In this document: positions 28,857-43,640 of the stretch, piece by piece
Layout: each line of letters starts with the position of its first letter
How positions within the stretch are numbered: position 1 is the stretch's first letter
Source of the DNA: the human T2T-CHM13v2.0 reference genome, Homo sapiens
DNA length: 64,000 bases
Strand: one strand, 5' to 3'
Assembly: GCF_009914755.1 (NCBI RefSeq)
Contig: NC_060934.1
Program-made: the position numbers and the translations under genes
Notes under the pieces: generated by a model
Databases searched by the model: none
What the model saw: only the letters and a program-made list of their open reading frames with translations
Told to the model about the DNA's origin: nothing

Positions 28857-29338
28857 TATAGTTTTCCATAATTCTATAATTCTGAATAAATCTGTATCTT
28901 GCAAAAAATAAAAATAAAGCATACATACAAAACTGTCACATTATAACAGTATCAACATGAATTTAGATATGCTGACACAGAGGCATTAATAAGGAGAGTG
29001 GGCTGATACACATGGATTTATAGCATAACAGCTTAGGTAATGTCTCTTATTTCACATTTGGTGGAGTGATACTGGCAGGACTGAATGGATAGAAAGTAAC
29101 AGATGGTATTCAATGTGAAAAATCCCTTTGAATGCCTCAAGGACTATTGGGTCACAGGAACAAGCTACAGCTTTTGTCATATAGTTGTAGTGCTATACTG
29201 TCTCATCTCCTAAAACTTGGTTCCACATTTCAAAATACAAAAATTTTGCCAATACATGTAAAAATATTATTTTTAAAATGTCCAATTTGCTTCCTATTTT
29301 TAATTCTTTCATAAAGTAAACTACAAAAAGTAAAACTA

Positions 29339-29665
<327 letters not shown>

Positions 29666-32109
29666 TTCTTTTCTAGATGAGATGAATAGAACACGGTAAA
29701 AAAGCAGTGTCAGGGAGATGAATTTAAAGTAGAAGAATGCCACACTAGAGTAAAACTATAAAGCCAGTATTACAGCCGACTGATCAGTTAATTTACACTA
29801 TCAGCAAATGCTTGGTGCTAAAAGAAATCTGCAACATCATTTATCCTAGTCCTCTGAGTTATAGTTAAGGAGGTTGAGGCCCAGAAAAAGAAGTTGTTTA
29901 ATTTGTTATATATTCACAAATTGAAATCTGTTTTTTAAAACTTCTCCATGTATAAAATATTATTAGATTTAAAACAACTAATGTTGAAATGTATTGCTCC
30001 ACTTAATACTAAACTCATGATTTGCTTCACAGAATGTACAAATAACTAAAATCCCATTCCTCTTCCAAGACAACACCCACACTCACACATACACATACAA
30101 TCTCTAAAGTTTTGGGGGGTTGTTGCTATGTTTTCTTGTTACTTTATGTATGCCTTTTTAAAACAAACCAGGAGAAAAGTCCTATCCAAATTTCTACTAT
30201 ATTTCATTCAGTAGTTTTATTGTGTAAATAAAACTGCTTACCAGAAATAAAGATTATTTATGTTTATAAAACTTCAAAGAATCATTCTGCTAGACATTAA
30301 AGATATTATAGTTTACTTTTCTTAATGAAAGGTCAGTGAAGGGACAGGATAAAAGGAATTTGTTTTCCTTTGGTAACTGATTTTTTTTCCTTCAATGTAA
30401 CTTACGTAGATATTAGGTGATGGAATAGTTGAGGCCACAGAAGAGTACAAATTGAGGGAATCTAATTTTCTCCTATTTGTCTGCAATATTTAATCAAGTA
30501 CAACGGGGATTTTGTCATTCAATTAATAATTCATTCATTTAAGAAATATTTACTTGGGGAAGTACAAAGTGGTAGAGATAGAGAAAGACTCAAGAAACTC
30601 AAATTCAGTGGTTGAAAAAGACAAATAAACTAACCATTTTTTAAAATCCAATTGGATCCTGGTTTGAATATAAGCCTTTTTGTTTCCTCCCCCAAAATCT
30701 AATGTATTCAGCAAAGGTGTAAATGTGTTAACTAAGGTGTTTATAAACAACAATAAAATATTTCTCTCTCACTCACCCACATTAACATTTTATAAACACA
30801 TTTTCTGATATCTACATCCTATGAATTTGTGTTTAACTAATTCACACTTCAAACAGCAATTACACACACACATATGCCTGCCTCTTCAGAGAATCATTTT
30901 AGATTGGATTTAGATTGAGAAGGGATCTTAGAGATCTAGGGTTCAATGGTCTCATTTTACAGAGGAGAAAGATGAAGTCCAGATAGATTGGCATTTGCCC
31001 GAGGTAACCATTTAGAGGCTGATATTTAGGATTCTATATAGAACTATAATTATTCTGATTCAATTTTATAGTTTGTTCAGTTTTTCCAAAGAAAATACAC
31101 ACCCGCAAATTCCCCTTTCTCAAATCAGGAACTCTTGCTATATTAAACCCAGAAGGCATGGCTCATCAAGTGAACCACATGGATCAGCTGTCCACCTCCT
31201 TAACTGCGCCGTCTCTTCTTCGTGCCTGATGTCCCCAGGCCACCCAGGCCAAGATATAGAAGAAAAGCCAAAAAACTACTTTACTGAAGCCAGCATAGGT
31301 TTTCAAAATTTGCCTCATATGTCTAAAGTTAAAATATCAAAACAAACCTCTTATTAAAAATCAAAATGGTCAATTTTATCTAAAATTTTTTAATATTTTC
31401 AAAAGTCTAAAGAAAGAAACCACTGCTTCCCCCTTTAAAAAGAATTCTGCTTTCAGCTGATACAGAAAAATCAACGAATGTGGATGGCAAGATCTGAGAA
31501 CTATTTAGGGAACTTCGGCCTGTCCATGGACTAATAGTCACACTTATTTATGAAAATGCGTATTTCTGTATTTTTAACTTGTTAATGACATCATTGGGCA
31601 TATGGATTTGAATTGGTGCTCAAGTGAAAACTTCTACTGCTTCTACTTTGGAGTTTGTGCTCAAATGAAAACATCTAGTGCTTGTGATCATAATACACAT
31701 GAATTTTTCAAAAAATCTTTAAAATATTTTAGAATTGGAAGAGACTGGAGAAAATGACTGGTTGCAAAAAAAAAAAAGAAGAAGAACACAAGCTTTGTAG
31801 TCAGTATTTTGGCTCTTCTGGTGGGTAGTTTTGCAGGGTTAGAAGGTCACTTTTATCTCTCCCATCTTGCTCTATATGGTGGGGATAATAACAACGCTGG
31901 GTTGTTTTAAGAATTGTTACCAACCAGTAAAATATCTAGCACATAATGGGTACTCATAAGTTGGAGCTATTGTTATTTACTCTAGTTCTAAATTCCCATC
32001 TGACGATGTGTTTGAAGAAAGTGCAGCAGCAAGGGAATGAAAACGAACTAAAGTTTGTTTCTTAGCAATTGAGTGCCAGGCACATAACGAACACAAGTCA
32101 AATGGCAGC

Positions 32110-32310
32110 AGCAGTTTCTTTCATTGACCACTTAGCATATGCCAGCAATTTACTAGATGCTTTAACACATTATCTTATTTATTAATCTTCCCAAATGCCC
32201 TCATGAGGTAGGACTTATCACTTCATTACACAGAAGAGGAATCAGAGACTCAGAGAGATCAAGTAACTGTCCCCAAGGTCACACAGCTAACAAGCAGCAG
32301 AGCCAGAACT
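32110..32310 (-). mobile_element. MIR SINE
   Basis: cagaagaggaatcagagactcagagagatcaagtaactgtccccaaggtcacacagcta. Confidence 0.8.
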
Positions 32311-35049
32311 GGTAAGAAAGGCAGAAGAAATGAGCAGAGGCTGCCCTAAAGCCAACCTGTAAACAAAGCAGGGAAGCTCAGAAGCAACTAGAAGATAAGT
32401 GCAACAGACATGTCTTCCCACTGTGAGCTCCTTAAGAACTAGGCTAGGTCTCATTAAAGGATGGAAGCCCAGACTCTGGGACAATTCCAGGAACACAGTG
32501 AGTGCTGAACAGATGTATGTGTATTATAATAAATTGGAATGCAATAAGCATTTGGGCAATAAGGAATCACATTTGCTCTAAGCAAAGTGTTTGCGATAAC
32601 AGCAAATGTAAAAGGTAGAAGAGTAGTAAGGATATTCATGCTTAAGGACAACAGTTACTGATTAAAATATTTTATAAATCTATTGTCTGATAATGACAAT
32701 TGTGTTCACAGATTTTTCCTCAATTATATTATTATATAAAGATTTCAATCACTGAGTGCTATCATCTTAAAATGTGAAGGACTATGATGAGGATACATAC
32801 ACACTATACACACAGACACACATATACACACACATATATAGGGAATAGCTTAAAATGTATTCTATTGTATATGCTATATGGAAAAAATCTACATGAAAGA
32901 AAATTCTCTATGAACGTTGTAAAAATAACCCAACAGCTTAGTTTTCTTTCATTCAAATAATACCTATGACTTAAAGTCATGATAAAAATCAATTCACAAT
33001 TTATTAAGTTAGATATGTGCAACTACATTTATACAAATAAAACCTCGGTAATTTGATAGCTTACTATTTTAGGGGGAATAGGGACTATTATGAAAACAAA
33101 GAGAACCTTAGTCTATCAGAATTTTCAAAAAGACAAACAAAAACATGGGTCAAACTAAAATTCTCCATAGGAACAACCTACATACAGACACATCCAGTGA
33201 CTAAATTGTGTTTATGTATTTCTTAAGCAATGGATGGAGTTCATTTTGACAATTTGTTTACTAAGAATTGCACCAGAAAACTGCCTATTCATTTTCTTTC
33301 TGTTTGGCAAACAAAGCATGACACATAGCAATATAAAAGAAAAATATAATCCTGGGATGCATTTGCAATCATCACAGAGAACTGCCCTAAATTGTCTTAA
33401 GCCTGTGGCATTGGCTTTCAGAAGAACATTTAAACACTGCCACATGCTGTTCATCTGTGTGTCCTGCAGTCTGAGAGTTCCAGGTCCCCACTTGGCCTCA
33501 ATAGAAGGTTGAATCACAAGTACTGTCAGGCTTATAAAGCTCTTAACTTCTCAAAACCACCAAATGGTCTTGAAAAAGAGAAGTATAACAATCTTAAGAA
33601 TCTAATGGTAATCTCTCATTAAGATTTTATATAGTACACAATTGTAGTCATGACAAAGCACAGTCTCCATGAGCACACTGCTTCCTAGTAAAGGAGCAGA
33701 GACCCTACCATTAAGATTTTATATATAATGCACTAAATTTACTAATGTGTTTGAATTTTTTCTTTTATGAATTTCGTAACATTCCGTCTTTATTAATGCT
33801 AATTCTACATTGTACCACATAGAAGCCTGGTTCTTTAAATATATTAGTTCAAGTCTACCTCTATGTACGCTAAAGAAACATATACCCACCTCGTCTAAAA
33901 ACTAGAAAAACATCCAGATGCCTATAATATACTTCAAGGTAGAAATCATGCTTTATTCAGTTTTGTCTTTTCTGTGACTGGTAAGAGAAGAGATCCTAAG
34001 AAAATATTTATTGAAAAAATAAATGGATACATAAATGTTTTAAGCAGAGTTCACAATTTCTAAAGAATGAACACCACATCCTGAAAGAAACTACCATTTA
34101 CTTTTAGTTTCCTTTTTTTATAAAAATATATATGGAAAGATTCAAAATTAGTTGTCAGTTTTACATACTTCGCCCACAATGAGCAACATCACCAACCAAA
34201 AGAAAAAAGGCACTGAATCATTGTTGAAATCATTGTTGATTTTAATTAGTTTGATCCAAAAAAAAAAAGCTGAACTTGGGCATGTTATTCTATGTTCTTA
34301 TTTGAAGTCCTTAATTTTAACATTTGTTGTATAAAACATTCCAATTGAAAACATATAAATAGTAAATGGAAAAAATCTTACATGTATGCAGCGTAAATAG
34401 CATTAACTAACTTTTTGATTCATTTATTCATTCACTCAAATATTTAAAGTATGTAATGTGCTTAGAGAAGATCAAGTCGTGGAGGGGAAAAATATTGACT
34501 GATTGCAGTTTAAACTTATGATCACTAATTTGAATTGAGTCTTAGTGCTGCCTAGCTATCCTACTATATTCTACTCAATTCACCCCCACTACATGACCAC
34601 AGAACACTTCCCCTCTCTCTACAAATCTTCAACGTCTTCAGCCCCTCTTCAATCTCAGCTGATGATCTTGCTTCTTGTTTCTCTGGGAAAACAAATCAAG
34701 CAGAAGAGGACTTCCACAGGCCCTCACCTCCAAAAGTATCATCTATCTGTGTTGATGTGCTCTGCCCTCCTTTGTGTATTATTTTGGGAGAACTGTCTGG
34801 TTCCCATCTGAGGCCCATCCTCTGTCTCTTATTCAAGACCATGACTTCTGTAACTGTTCAATCTTGCTCCTACATAATCAATTTTCCCCTTTCTACTAGA
34901 TTGTTTCCATCAGCACCTAAACATATTATAATGTATCCTATCTTAAAAATACAATACAATACAATAAAAACTTGATCCAACCTCATCTTCTAACAGCCTA
35001 ATTATTTGCCCTGCTTCACAGAAAAGCTCATCTAAAAAATTGTCTATTC

Positions 35050-35271
35050 CGTGCCATTCTCAATAGGAGTGATATCACTCCAGAAGGTCAAAAATTAATT
35101 CTTTCAGGCAAAAATTACTTGCTCTTTGTATATGTAAGGCATAGATATATATATACAATACATAACAAAAGTATACCTGTGATACTGGAATTTCATGGAG
35201 AGGGGAGGATTAGAAAAAAATGTCTAAGAAAGCTCTTTAAGGAGGTGATCATGAAAAAGTGAGAAACACTG
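35050..35271 (+). mobile_element. MER105-like hAT-Charlie element nested in L2
   Basis: ttctcaataggagtgatatcactcc...gagaaacactg, with an 8-bp TSD-like pair gtctattc / gtctaaac. Confidence 0.65.
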
Positions 35272-35389
35272 GTCTAAACACACTGTCTCGGTGTCCTCCC
35301 TTCCCATTTGTTTCTTGAGCCTTCTCCAATCTGGCTTTCATTCCCAGCATACCATACAAACTGCTATTGTCAATGTCACCTTTATCCTC

Positions 35390-35766
35390 TGACATGATTT
35401 CAGTGTTTGTCTCCTCCAAATGTCATGTTGAAATGTGATCCTCGGTGTTGAAGGTGGGCCTAGTGGGAGGTGTTTGGTCATGGGGGCGGATCTCTCATGA
35501 GTGCCTTGGTGCCTTCCCTATGTAATGAGCTCACATGACAGCTGGTTGTTTAAAAGAACCTGGCATCTCTCTCTTGTTCCCTCTCTCCTCATGTGATGCT
35601 CCAGTTCCCCCTTCACGCTTCACCATGACTAAAAGCTTCCTGAAGCCTCACCAGAAGCTGAGCAGCTGCTGGTGCCATGCTTGTATAGCCCGCAGAACTG
35701 TTAGCCAAAATATATCTCTTCCAGCTTCAAGTATTTCTTTACAGCAACGTGAAATGGACTGACACA
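35390..35766 (+). mobile_element. MSTB-like MaLR solo LTR nested in L2
   Basis: tgacatgatttcagtgtttgtctcctccaaatgtcatgttgaaatgtgatcc...aaatggactgacaca. TSD tcctc / ccctc. Confidence 0.88.
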
Positions 35767-38299
35767 CCCTCCACATTGCGAAATCCAATGGGCAACTCTT
35801 AGATGAAACTATAGTCAGTATTTGGTACAGCTGATGACTTCCTCCTTCTTCAAACACTTTCTTGGCCTATGGGACAACATACATGTTTGGTTTTCCCCCT
35901 CACTCACTGGCATCTCCCTCTCAGTCTTTCTTGGGGTTCCTCTTAATCTTCTAGTTTCCAAACATTGCAGTTTCTCTGGGTTCAATCTTGGACCTCATCC
36001 AGTTCCATGGCTTTAAATACTATTTCTCTACTGATGATTTTCAAATATATCTCTCCAGCTCAGACATTGCTCCTGAAACCTTCTATATTCAACTGCATAA
36101 GTATTCCCACTTGAATCTCTATTAAGCAACTCAAACCCAATCCAAGACCAAATTTCTCTTCTTGATTCCCAGTTCACTACCTGCCTCACAAACCTACTTC
36201 TCCCTCAGTTTTCTCCCTTTGGTAGAAGACAACTCTGTTTTTGCAATTATTCAATCCCAAAACAGTGATTTCACTCTGGAAACCACTGTCACAGTCCATA
36301 TCTATACATCAGCAAATCCTGGCAGCCATACTTTTGAAATCAAGTGTCTGTAGCAACCTGAACCCTTTAGAATTGATGCAAAAATGAGGGATCCTTGTAC
36401 ATCTGGATTGCACCTACTGCTCAATGTACCACCAGTATTGCTGTAGTCCATGCCACCATCATTTCTGGTCTCTGCATTGACAACATCAGTTCATCTGGTC
36501 ATCTCAGCCCTCTTACAGTCTAACTTCCAAAACAACAGCAAGGTAAATTCATAATCCCTAAATCTAAGTCACATAAGGTCTTTCCTGAAATGGCTTCCCA
36601 TCTGATGGAGAGTAAAATCCAATGTCTCTATCACAGTTCACAAAGCCCTATTTAATTGAGCCTCCTGCTTCCTCTCTGCTCTCATCTTCTGCCACTGTCC
36701 CTTTCATATACACTGCATGACAGCCACACTGGCTGCCTTATAAAACTTCTCACTGCTTGGGGCCTTCCTACTTGTTCCAAGGAACTTCTATTTGGATATC
36801 CCTCCAGAGATTCTCTTGGTTTACACTTTCACTACCTTCAGGTGTCTACTGTTTAAAAATCACCTTGTCACAGACCTGCTCACACTATATACAAGAGTAT
36901 TCCTTGTCATTTTCTATTTCTCCTATCTTGTTTTCTCTTCCCTCAGCATGTACCATCATTTCACATAGATATTCACTTATTTTTCCTCCACCCCCTGGAT
37001 CAAATACTATACAATATTATGCCTCCTTCCACTAGAATAGAAGTTCCTTGGAGCTTTTAATGTTTGGTTCACTGCTGTACCCAGGGTGTCTAGAACAGTG
37101 TCTAGCACATAGTAGATGTTCAATATCTGTAAAATGAAAAAAAAATGAATTTGACATCTTAATAAAAGATGACAAGTGCCATTTAAAAATAAAACTGAAT
37201 TTTAATTTCTCTTCTTGGAGTAAAATCTCATATTTTCATATGCATTTGGCAAGTAAAATTATAAGATGCAAAAAGTATCTAAAAAGTCACAGAAATAGAA
37301 AGCAAATTCTGCTTCAGATATGATGATTTCCTTTGGCTATTTCATGTAGCAAATTTTAGGAGAGATCAACATTTAAATATCTTACTCAAACCAACAGAGA
37401 CTTCTAGACTAGTAAATACTACAAAAGTGTTCTGTGCTGGCTACTCAAATACATTTTAGATTTTCTCTCATTATTTTCTAGACATAAACATTCAAGTCAG
37501 AATGAAAAAATGTCAGACTTTGGAAACAGGACTTCAGAAGAATGACGGTCAGAAATGTCCAGTCAGTGTATAAACAAGTCTCATAAATCTGAGGCAATAT
37601 AATACAAAACTACTTATATAAGATACATTTGTGAAGAAAAAAAACAAATTTGTACTAAAGCTTATCCAGTGAAGAATGCCAGTATTCCTCCCATTCTTTT
37701 TTTTATCCTTCCCTTCCTCTCTTTTCACTAATATTTAGAATTCCCTACTTTAAAATTAGTAGTTGATTGTGGTAATACTTTCTTATTTGGATTTAGCACA
37801 TTATATTTGAATCTTCAGAGATTTCTGCCAGAAAGCTAAAATCTTACTTCTCAAATTTCTTCTCTTTTGAAAATGCCTTTGCCAGCTCAGATGGGGAAAA
37901 GTTTAATTCAATTCAGTTGATGACTCAGTTGGTGATAATGACGCAATTCCATAAATTATAGCTCTCTGCTCTTTCATCTCATCCCCATCTCTAGTATGGA
38001 CATTTCCTTTTAAAGCTTTTCTGTTATCGAAGAACTCTAAATGAAAAATAGGGCTCCAAGTTCTAAAAGAAGCACACAGTCAGTAAGGCAGCATTAAGGG
38101 GGAAACTTTCCTTCTGTTAGGGTAGCAACCTGGTGGCCTAGTTTAAAACATCACACATCTACTGACAGCATGTGTATGAGAACAAAACTATGAAAATATT
38201 TACATCATGATGCGTTTATATCAAGCATGGAGAGATTGCACACATTGGTAAAGGATAAATTGCTAGGAGAGGGGCAAAAAGGTATACCGCTCCAATTAC

Positions 38300-38500
38300 T
38301 AAAGCCTGGAGAAGATTTGGATTCCATAATTGGTTCTACCACTCAACAGCTAGAGAGCCTTAAGCAAGTTAACATAATTTCTCACTTTCCTCCTCTATAA
38401 AATGGGAATAATAATATTTCTCATGAAGTGGTTGTGAAGGGTAAAAATTATAATTTAGGAAAGTGCTTAACATAAGTATTCACAAAATTGTGTTGATATT
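38300..38500 (+). mobile_element. MIR SINE
   Basis: cttaagcaagttaac...tttcctcctctataaaatgggaataataata. Confidence 0.75.
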
Positions 38501-39744
38501 GGAATTATCATCATCTTCCAGCTATCCTCAACTTTATGTTGTTATTTTTTTTCTGACACAACTAATTAGTTCCCCAGAGGGACACTTAAGTAGGTAAACT
38601 CCCTCTGTCCTGCCAGGAGCAGAAGTGAGTAATAACTGCAATAACAGAAGTGCCAGATCACCCTAAACTCCAAGATGATGGAAGTCTCCGCTGTTTCTAC
38701 TGATGTCCCCATTTGTGGAAGGTGGCAGAGAGGTGAAGATTCAGTTGGGCAGCCTCTCAGGCACTTAGAGAAAGAAAGATTAAGTAGAACAGACTCCCAA
38801 TCTGCCATTTAGCAAATAATAAATTTAAAAAGACAAGAGAATTAGGAAATAATAAATATAAAAATACAAGAACATGATAAAATATCAAAGGTGACAATAT
38901 TTAATTAATACATTAAAAATGTAAGGCTAATAACTGTTTTTTCTAAAATTAAGATCCCAGTTTATAAGTTTGCAGGCAGCCCAACAGACCAGCTCGTGTC
39001 AGAAGTTTAGAAACTGAATATTTCCCCCTCCTATGGAGATGGTCTGCTGAAAAATGCAATGAAGCATACTATTTGATGAAAACAGGACTTTCGTTCTTTG
39101 TGCTTTTAATAAAACTCTTTTCAGCAAAATGTCAAGGAAAAAATCAAGAATTAGAAACGTCTTTTAGTAAAAGTATTTCGTTCTCATTTTTCCATCAAGA
39201 ATTATGGAAAATTCTAGAAGTTATAGAAAGGAAGTTGAAGGTATTCATTATGGGTAGTATTTTATCATTATATTCTACAGTGCATAATAAATTTTGCATC
39301 TTTGTAGTATAACTTATTCATGTTTTACGTGTCAGTTTAAGCATATGTTAAGGTTAACAGCCTTTAGAACAACATTTCTCAAAGTCTTAAGAGTGTTTTC
39401 TTTCTTCCAATCTAATTAGATAAAGTTATTTACCACCTCAATGTATCCAGCCAGGTTTTGAAAGATAGATTCAGTATTTTTGATGAACTAAGACCCCTGT
39501 CATTTGTTCAACAGATGTTCCCCTCCAAGGCTCACCACAATCTGCCCCAAATCCATCTCTCTGGTTTTATCTTCTAAAATTCCCCACCATAAAGCCTAGC
39601 TCCTACCAAATCAGTCCATTTTCAGCCTCCCAAATATAAAATGAACATTTCTATTTCAAACTTTATGATAAGACCATTCTTCTCTCTAAAGCACTCTCTC
39701 CCTTTCCCACTGAATGTCCTCCAAGACGTTTTCAGATTGTTTCA

Positions 39745-40280
39745 CTCATTCATTCATTCATTCATTCATTCATTCATTCATTCAATACAGACTGAGAGCC
39801 TACATATACGAGGCACTCACAAAGGAATCCTGGGAAAACAGGAACAGGTAAGTCCAAGCAAGTACCTGTTTGAGTGGACTCTATATTCTACCAGAAAAGA
39901 CACACATTGCACAATGGATTAAACTGTTAATTAATTAAAGTTGTGATAAGTGTTAAAAATACAAGTCACCGAAAACTACGAGCACATGTAATGGGAAAAA
40001 TGGCCTGGTCTTGGGGGTCAGAAAGACTTTTTTTTTCTTGTATTTTTTATTAATATATCATAGTTTTACATATTTTTAGAGTACATGTGATATTTTGATA
40101 CATGTATAAATATGTGATGATCAAATCAGGATAACTGGAATACCTATCACTTCAAATATTTATCTTTTCTTTGTGTTGGTTACATTATAATTCTTCTATT
40201 AGGAAGACTTTCTTGAGGAAGTGGTTTTGAGCTGAGGTTGAAGGATGAAAAAGGGCCTAAAGTAGGGCAGAGGGAGGTCA
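39745..40280 (-). mobile_element. L2 3' end with (TTCA)n tail, interrupted by an antisense L1MA 3' end at ~40028-40200
   Basis: (TTCA)n at 39745-39785, and gtacatgtgatattttgatacatgtata...gatcaaatcagg typical of L1MA. Confidence 0.7.
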
Positions 40281-40399
40281 ATAAACAAATCTGCTTGATG
40301 GTTATTATAAAATTAAGATATATTAGTAAAGATATGGCAAGGAAATTCTTGCCTTCCAGGCATTAAAACTTATTGCAACAGTATTTCTCCCAATTACTC

Positions 40400-41037
40400 T
40401 TGCTTTCTGTAAAGCTGGGGACAAAAAAAAAACCCAGTAATGATCTTACATTTAAAGAAGCCACCAGGAAAAGGTGTTAGCCAACAGCTCTCAAAAGATC
40501 TGGGAAACGATCAGTCAAAACTGGTCCCACTACCCTGAGCCCCACTACCCTGAGCCCCACAGCCCAGGCAATATAGGAAAAATATTCAAACAGATGTGAA
40601 AGCTTGGCCCTACAGAGAGTGCAATGTTTCTGGAGAGCTTTATCTTCCAAACCCCGTAAGCAGAGAGTAGTAGCTCCTCCTTAGGAGCCTACTGGAGAAT
40701 GATTCAGAAGCAAACTCTGGGAGGGAGCTCCCAGGAGGAGTAACAGAGACCTGGTTCCCTGGCTATGTACTTGCTGAACTGTTGAACCCATGGGGACTAG
40801 GGCAAAGCTCTGCTGGTAGGGCTGCCTATAAGGAGGGGACTGTTAACAGCAACAGAAAGGTTCATAGGAGGCTAAACACTACCCACTGGCCAAAGAAACA
40901 CACCACACATATGGTCTACATATAGACCATCATGGAGGAACAGGCAAGAGCAGCCAATTGCCCCTCCCTACCACCAAGAAGTCAGTCTTAGAGGCAATCA
41001 ATGGTTCTGTAAGCTTATAGTTTGTAGATGTTCAGAG

Positions 41038-41076
<39 letters not shown>

Positions 41077-41410
41077 ACACAGACCCATAATCCACTCTGC
41101 TACAACTCTCTAGCACCACAGGTGCCACAGACAGGTCTAGCTGGAGTTTAGGGTAGAGAGAATGAGCTCCAAACTGAGACCGAAGTTTAAACATAAATAC
41201 AGCGAGTCTTCAAAACCAAAGTGAGACTGTTCTAATGGCCAAAAGTGACCAGAAAGTTATAGCAAAGGACCAAGATGTCATTAAGGAATCCTCTCTAGAT
41301 AGACATGGAGTTCAACATAGAGACGTTGAGGGCAGTTCTGGGAAAAAATAAAGCTGTCTCATGTTTACAGGTCAAATAGTTCAGACTCCTTAAAAATGAC
41401 TTAAAACCAC
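40400..41410 (+). mobile_element. Ancient LTR (LTR78/LTR79-like) with an internal (CA)n at 41041-41081
   Basis: aaagtgaccagaaagttat...ccaagatgtcattaagg...aataaagctg...gttcagact resembles the 3' part of these families as I recall them. The 5' boundary is uncertain. Confidence 0.45.
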
Positions 41411-41419
41411 AAATTGATT

Positions 41420-43640
41420 ATAATGAAAACAATGACGATATTGCAACACAAGTAAATAAATGGAACAGAACAGATATCCAGAGACAGACTCAAGTATATA
41501 TGGAATTTAACATACGGCAAATGAGGAATTTCAATTTAGTGGGCAAAAAAATAATCTCTTATTAAATAAATGGTGCTGATATAATGGATTTCACTCTGGA
41601 AAGACAAAAAACAAAGCTAGATACCTTTCTCATATTTTATATAAACATATATTCCATATAAAGATTTTAATGTAAAGGATAAAAATTAAAAATATTAGGA
41701 ATATAATTCAGAATACTTATATGACTTTAGAGTGAGGGAGATAATCCTTAGCAATCAGGAAGTCAAGTATCTATTAAAGAAAAAGACACACTTGACTAAA
41801 TAAAAATCTTAAGAAATTATTATGGCAAATGAAATAATAAACAAAAGCAAAAGATAAATAAATGCTAGTCTAGGAAATATATGTAGTACTATATTACAAA
41901 TATTGATATCCTTCATGTGTGAAATGCTCATAAAAAACAAATAATCCACTAGAAAAGTAAGCATAGGACATGACTGGGACATTTCACAGAAGAAAAACTC
42001 TAAATGACCAATAAGCTTATGAAAAGAGGCTCAATTTTACTTTTGGTCAAGGGAAATGCAAATTAATGCAAGAGCAATCAACCTGTTTTTACTTATCACT
42101 TTGGCAGAAATGTTAAGATTGATAAAAATTTAAAATATCCGGTCCTGATGAGTATATAGGCAAACAGGCATTGTCAAACGTTAAGAGTGAGAATCATGAC
42201 AAACTTTTTGGAAGGTAATATGGCAATACTTATTATAACATACAGGTTTTTTGAGCCAGAAATTTCACTTTGGGGATCTTATCACCCAATATAGCATTAA
42301 GAGCATCAGTTTATAAGAATATGTAAACAAGGATGTTTTTCAAGGCATAGCATTTAATAGAGAAAAAAACTGGAAACCACATGAAAGTCCATAGATAAAC
42401 AAGAGATGAAAGACTAAATTCCAGTACTCCCAAACTAAAAAACTTTATGCAGCTGTTAAATAAAAATAAATCAGATGTTTATCTAAAATAATGTTGAGTA
42501 AATAAGCAAAGTGCAAAACAATAATTTTAGAAGGCACGCACAGTCATCCAAAGCTTTATATGGTTGGAACAAAGTGTGGAAGGGCACTCACTGAACTGTT
42601 AACATCAGTTAGCTCTGGGGAATGGAAAGGAGGGCAGGGCCAGGAATAAATAGGTTTGTAAGGAATAAGAAGAGAACCATGAATGAAATGACAATTTGTT
42701 GGGCATTCTATGAATAGACTGTGTGGGAAGGAATAAAGAGATACTTGATAAAACCAGCAAAAATTTAAAAATAGAAAAAAGTAAATAGTAGGCACCAATG
42801 AAAAGGATAAAAACAACATAGTACTTACCCCAATAAATGTAAAAGGGTTGAACTCATCTATCAAAAGAAAAAAATAAATAGTAGATACCAACGGAAAAGA
42901 TAACAACACAGCAGTTATCTCAATAAATATAAAAGGGTTAAACTCTCCTATTGAAAGAAAGAGATTTTTCATGCTGGATTTAAAAACTCAGGTAGGTATA
43001 TTGTTCTCTGGAAACATCTAAAACCAAGTAACCATAAATCAACAAAAGTGATCTTATTCACAATCTCCATAAATATTATAAAATATTTCTTAACATGCCT
43101 AATAAGTAATGTGTAAGATCTTATGATAAAAGCTATAAAATTTTACTGAGGACATTAAAAATACCTAAATAAGTGGAGAAATGTTTCATTTTCTTAGATG
43201 AGAAGATGATCTATTATAAAGATGCCAATTCTTCCTAAACTAATGCAGTGTAATTGAGTGTAATTCAAATCAATATTCCAACAGGAGTTTTTAATGAAAC
43301 CTGATTCTAAAGTACACTCAGAGAAATAAAAAATAGATTAGCTAAGAAAAAACAGGACAAAAATCAAGCGGGCTTTATTCTACTCTACATCAACATAACT
43401 GTTTCCATAGGAAAAGAGTTTAGTGAAAAGAATCTTTATTTCATATTGGCAGTATTAAAGCCACACTTTGTTATACTGTAAATCTCCTAAATGCCCATCA
43501 AACTGGTTTACTACATTAAGGTAAATCAAAAGACGAGAGCACTACACAGTAAAAATAATGATGCACATGAATATTCACTGGCACTGAAAAGATACTCTTA
43601 ATATACTGTAATATAGTTTTGAAAAATCCACTGAACAATT
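41420..43640 (+). mobile_element. Old L1M/L1ME ORF2 and 3' fragments
   Basis: aaatggaacagaacag, ttaaataaatggtgctga, catttcacagaagaa, gggaaatgcaaattaa and ctaaataagtggagaaa. Confidence 0.75.

Larger units (their letters stand above)
34490..37140 (+). mobile_element. Long L2a LINE remnant with nested insertions
   Basis: Continuous C/T-rich L2 ORF2 and 3' sequence ending ctagaacagtgtctagcacatagtagatgttcaata. Confidence 0.8.
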
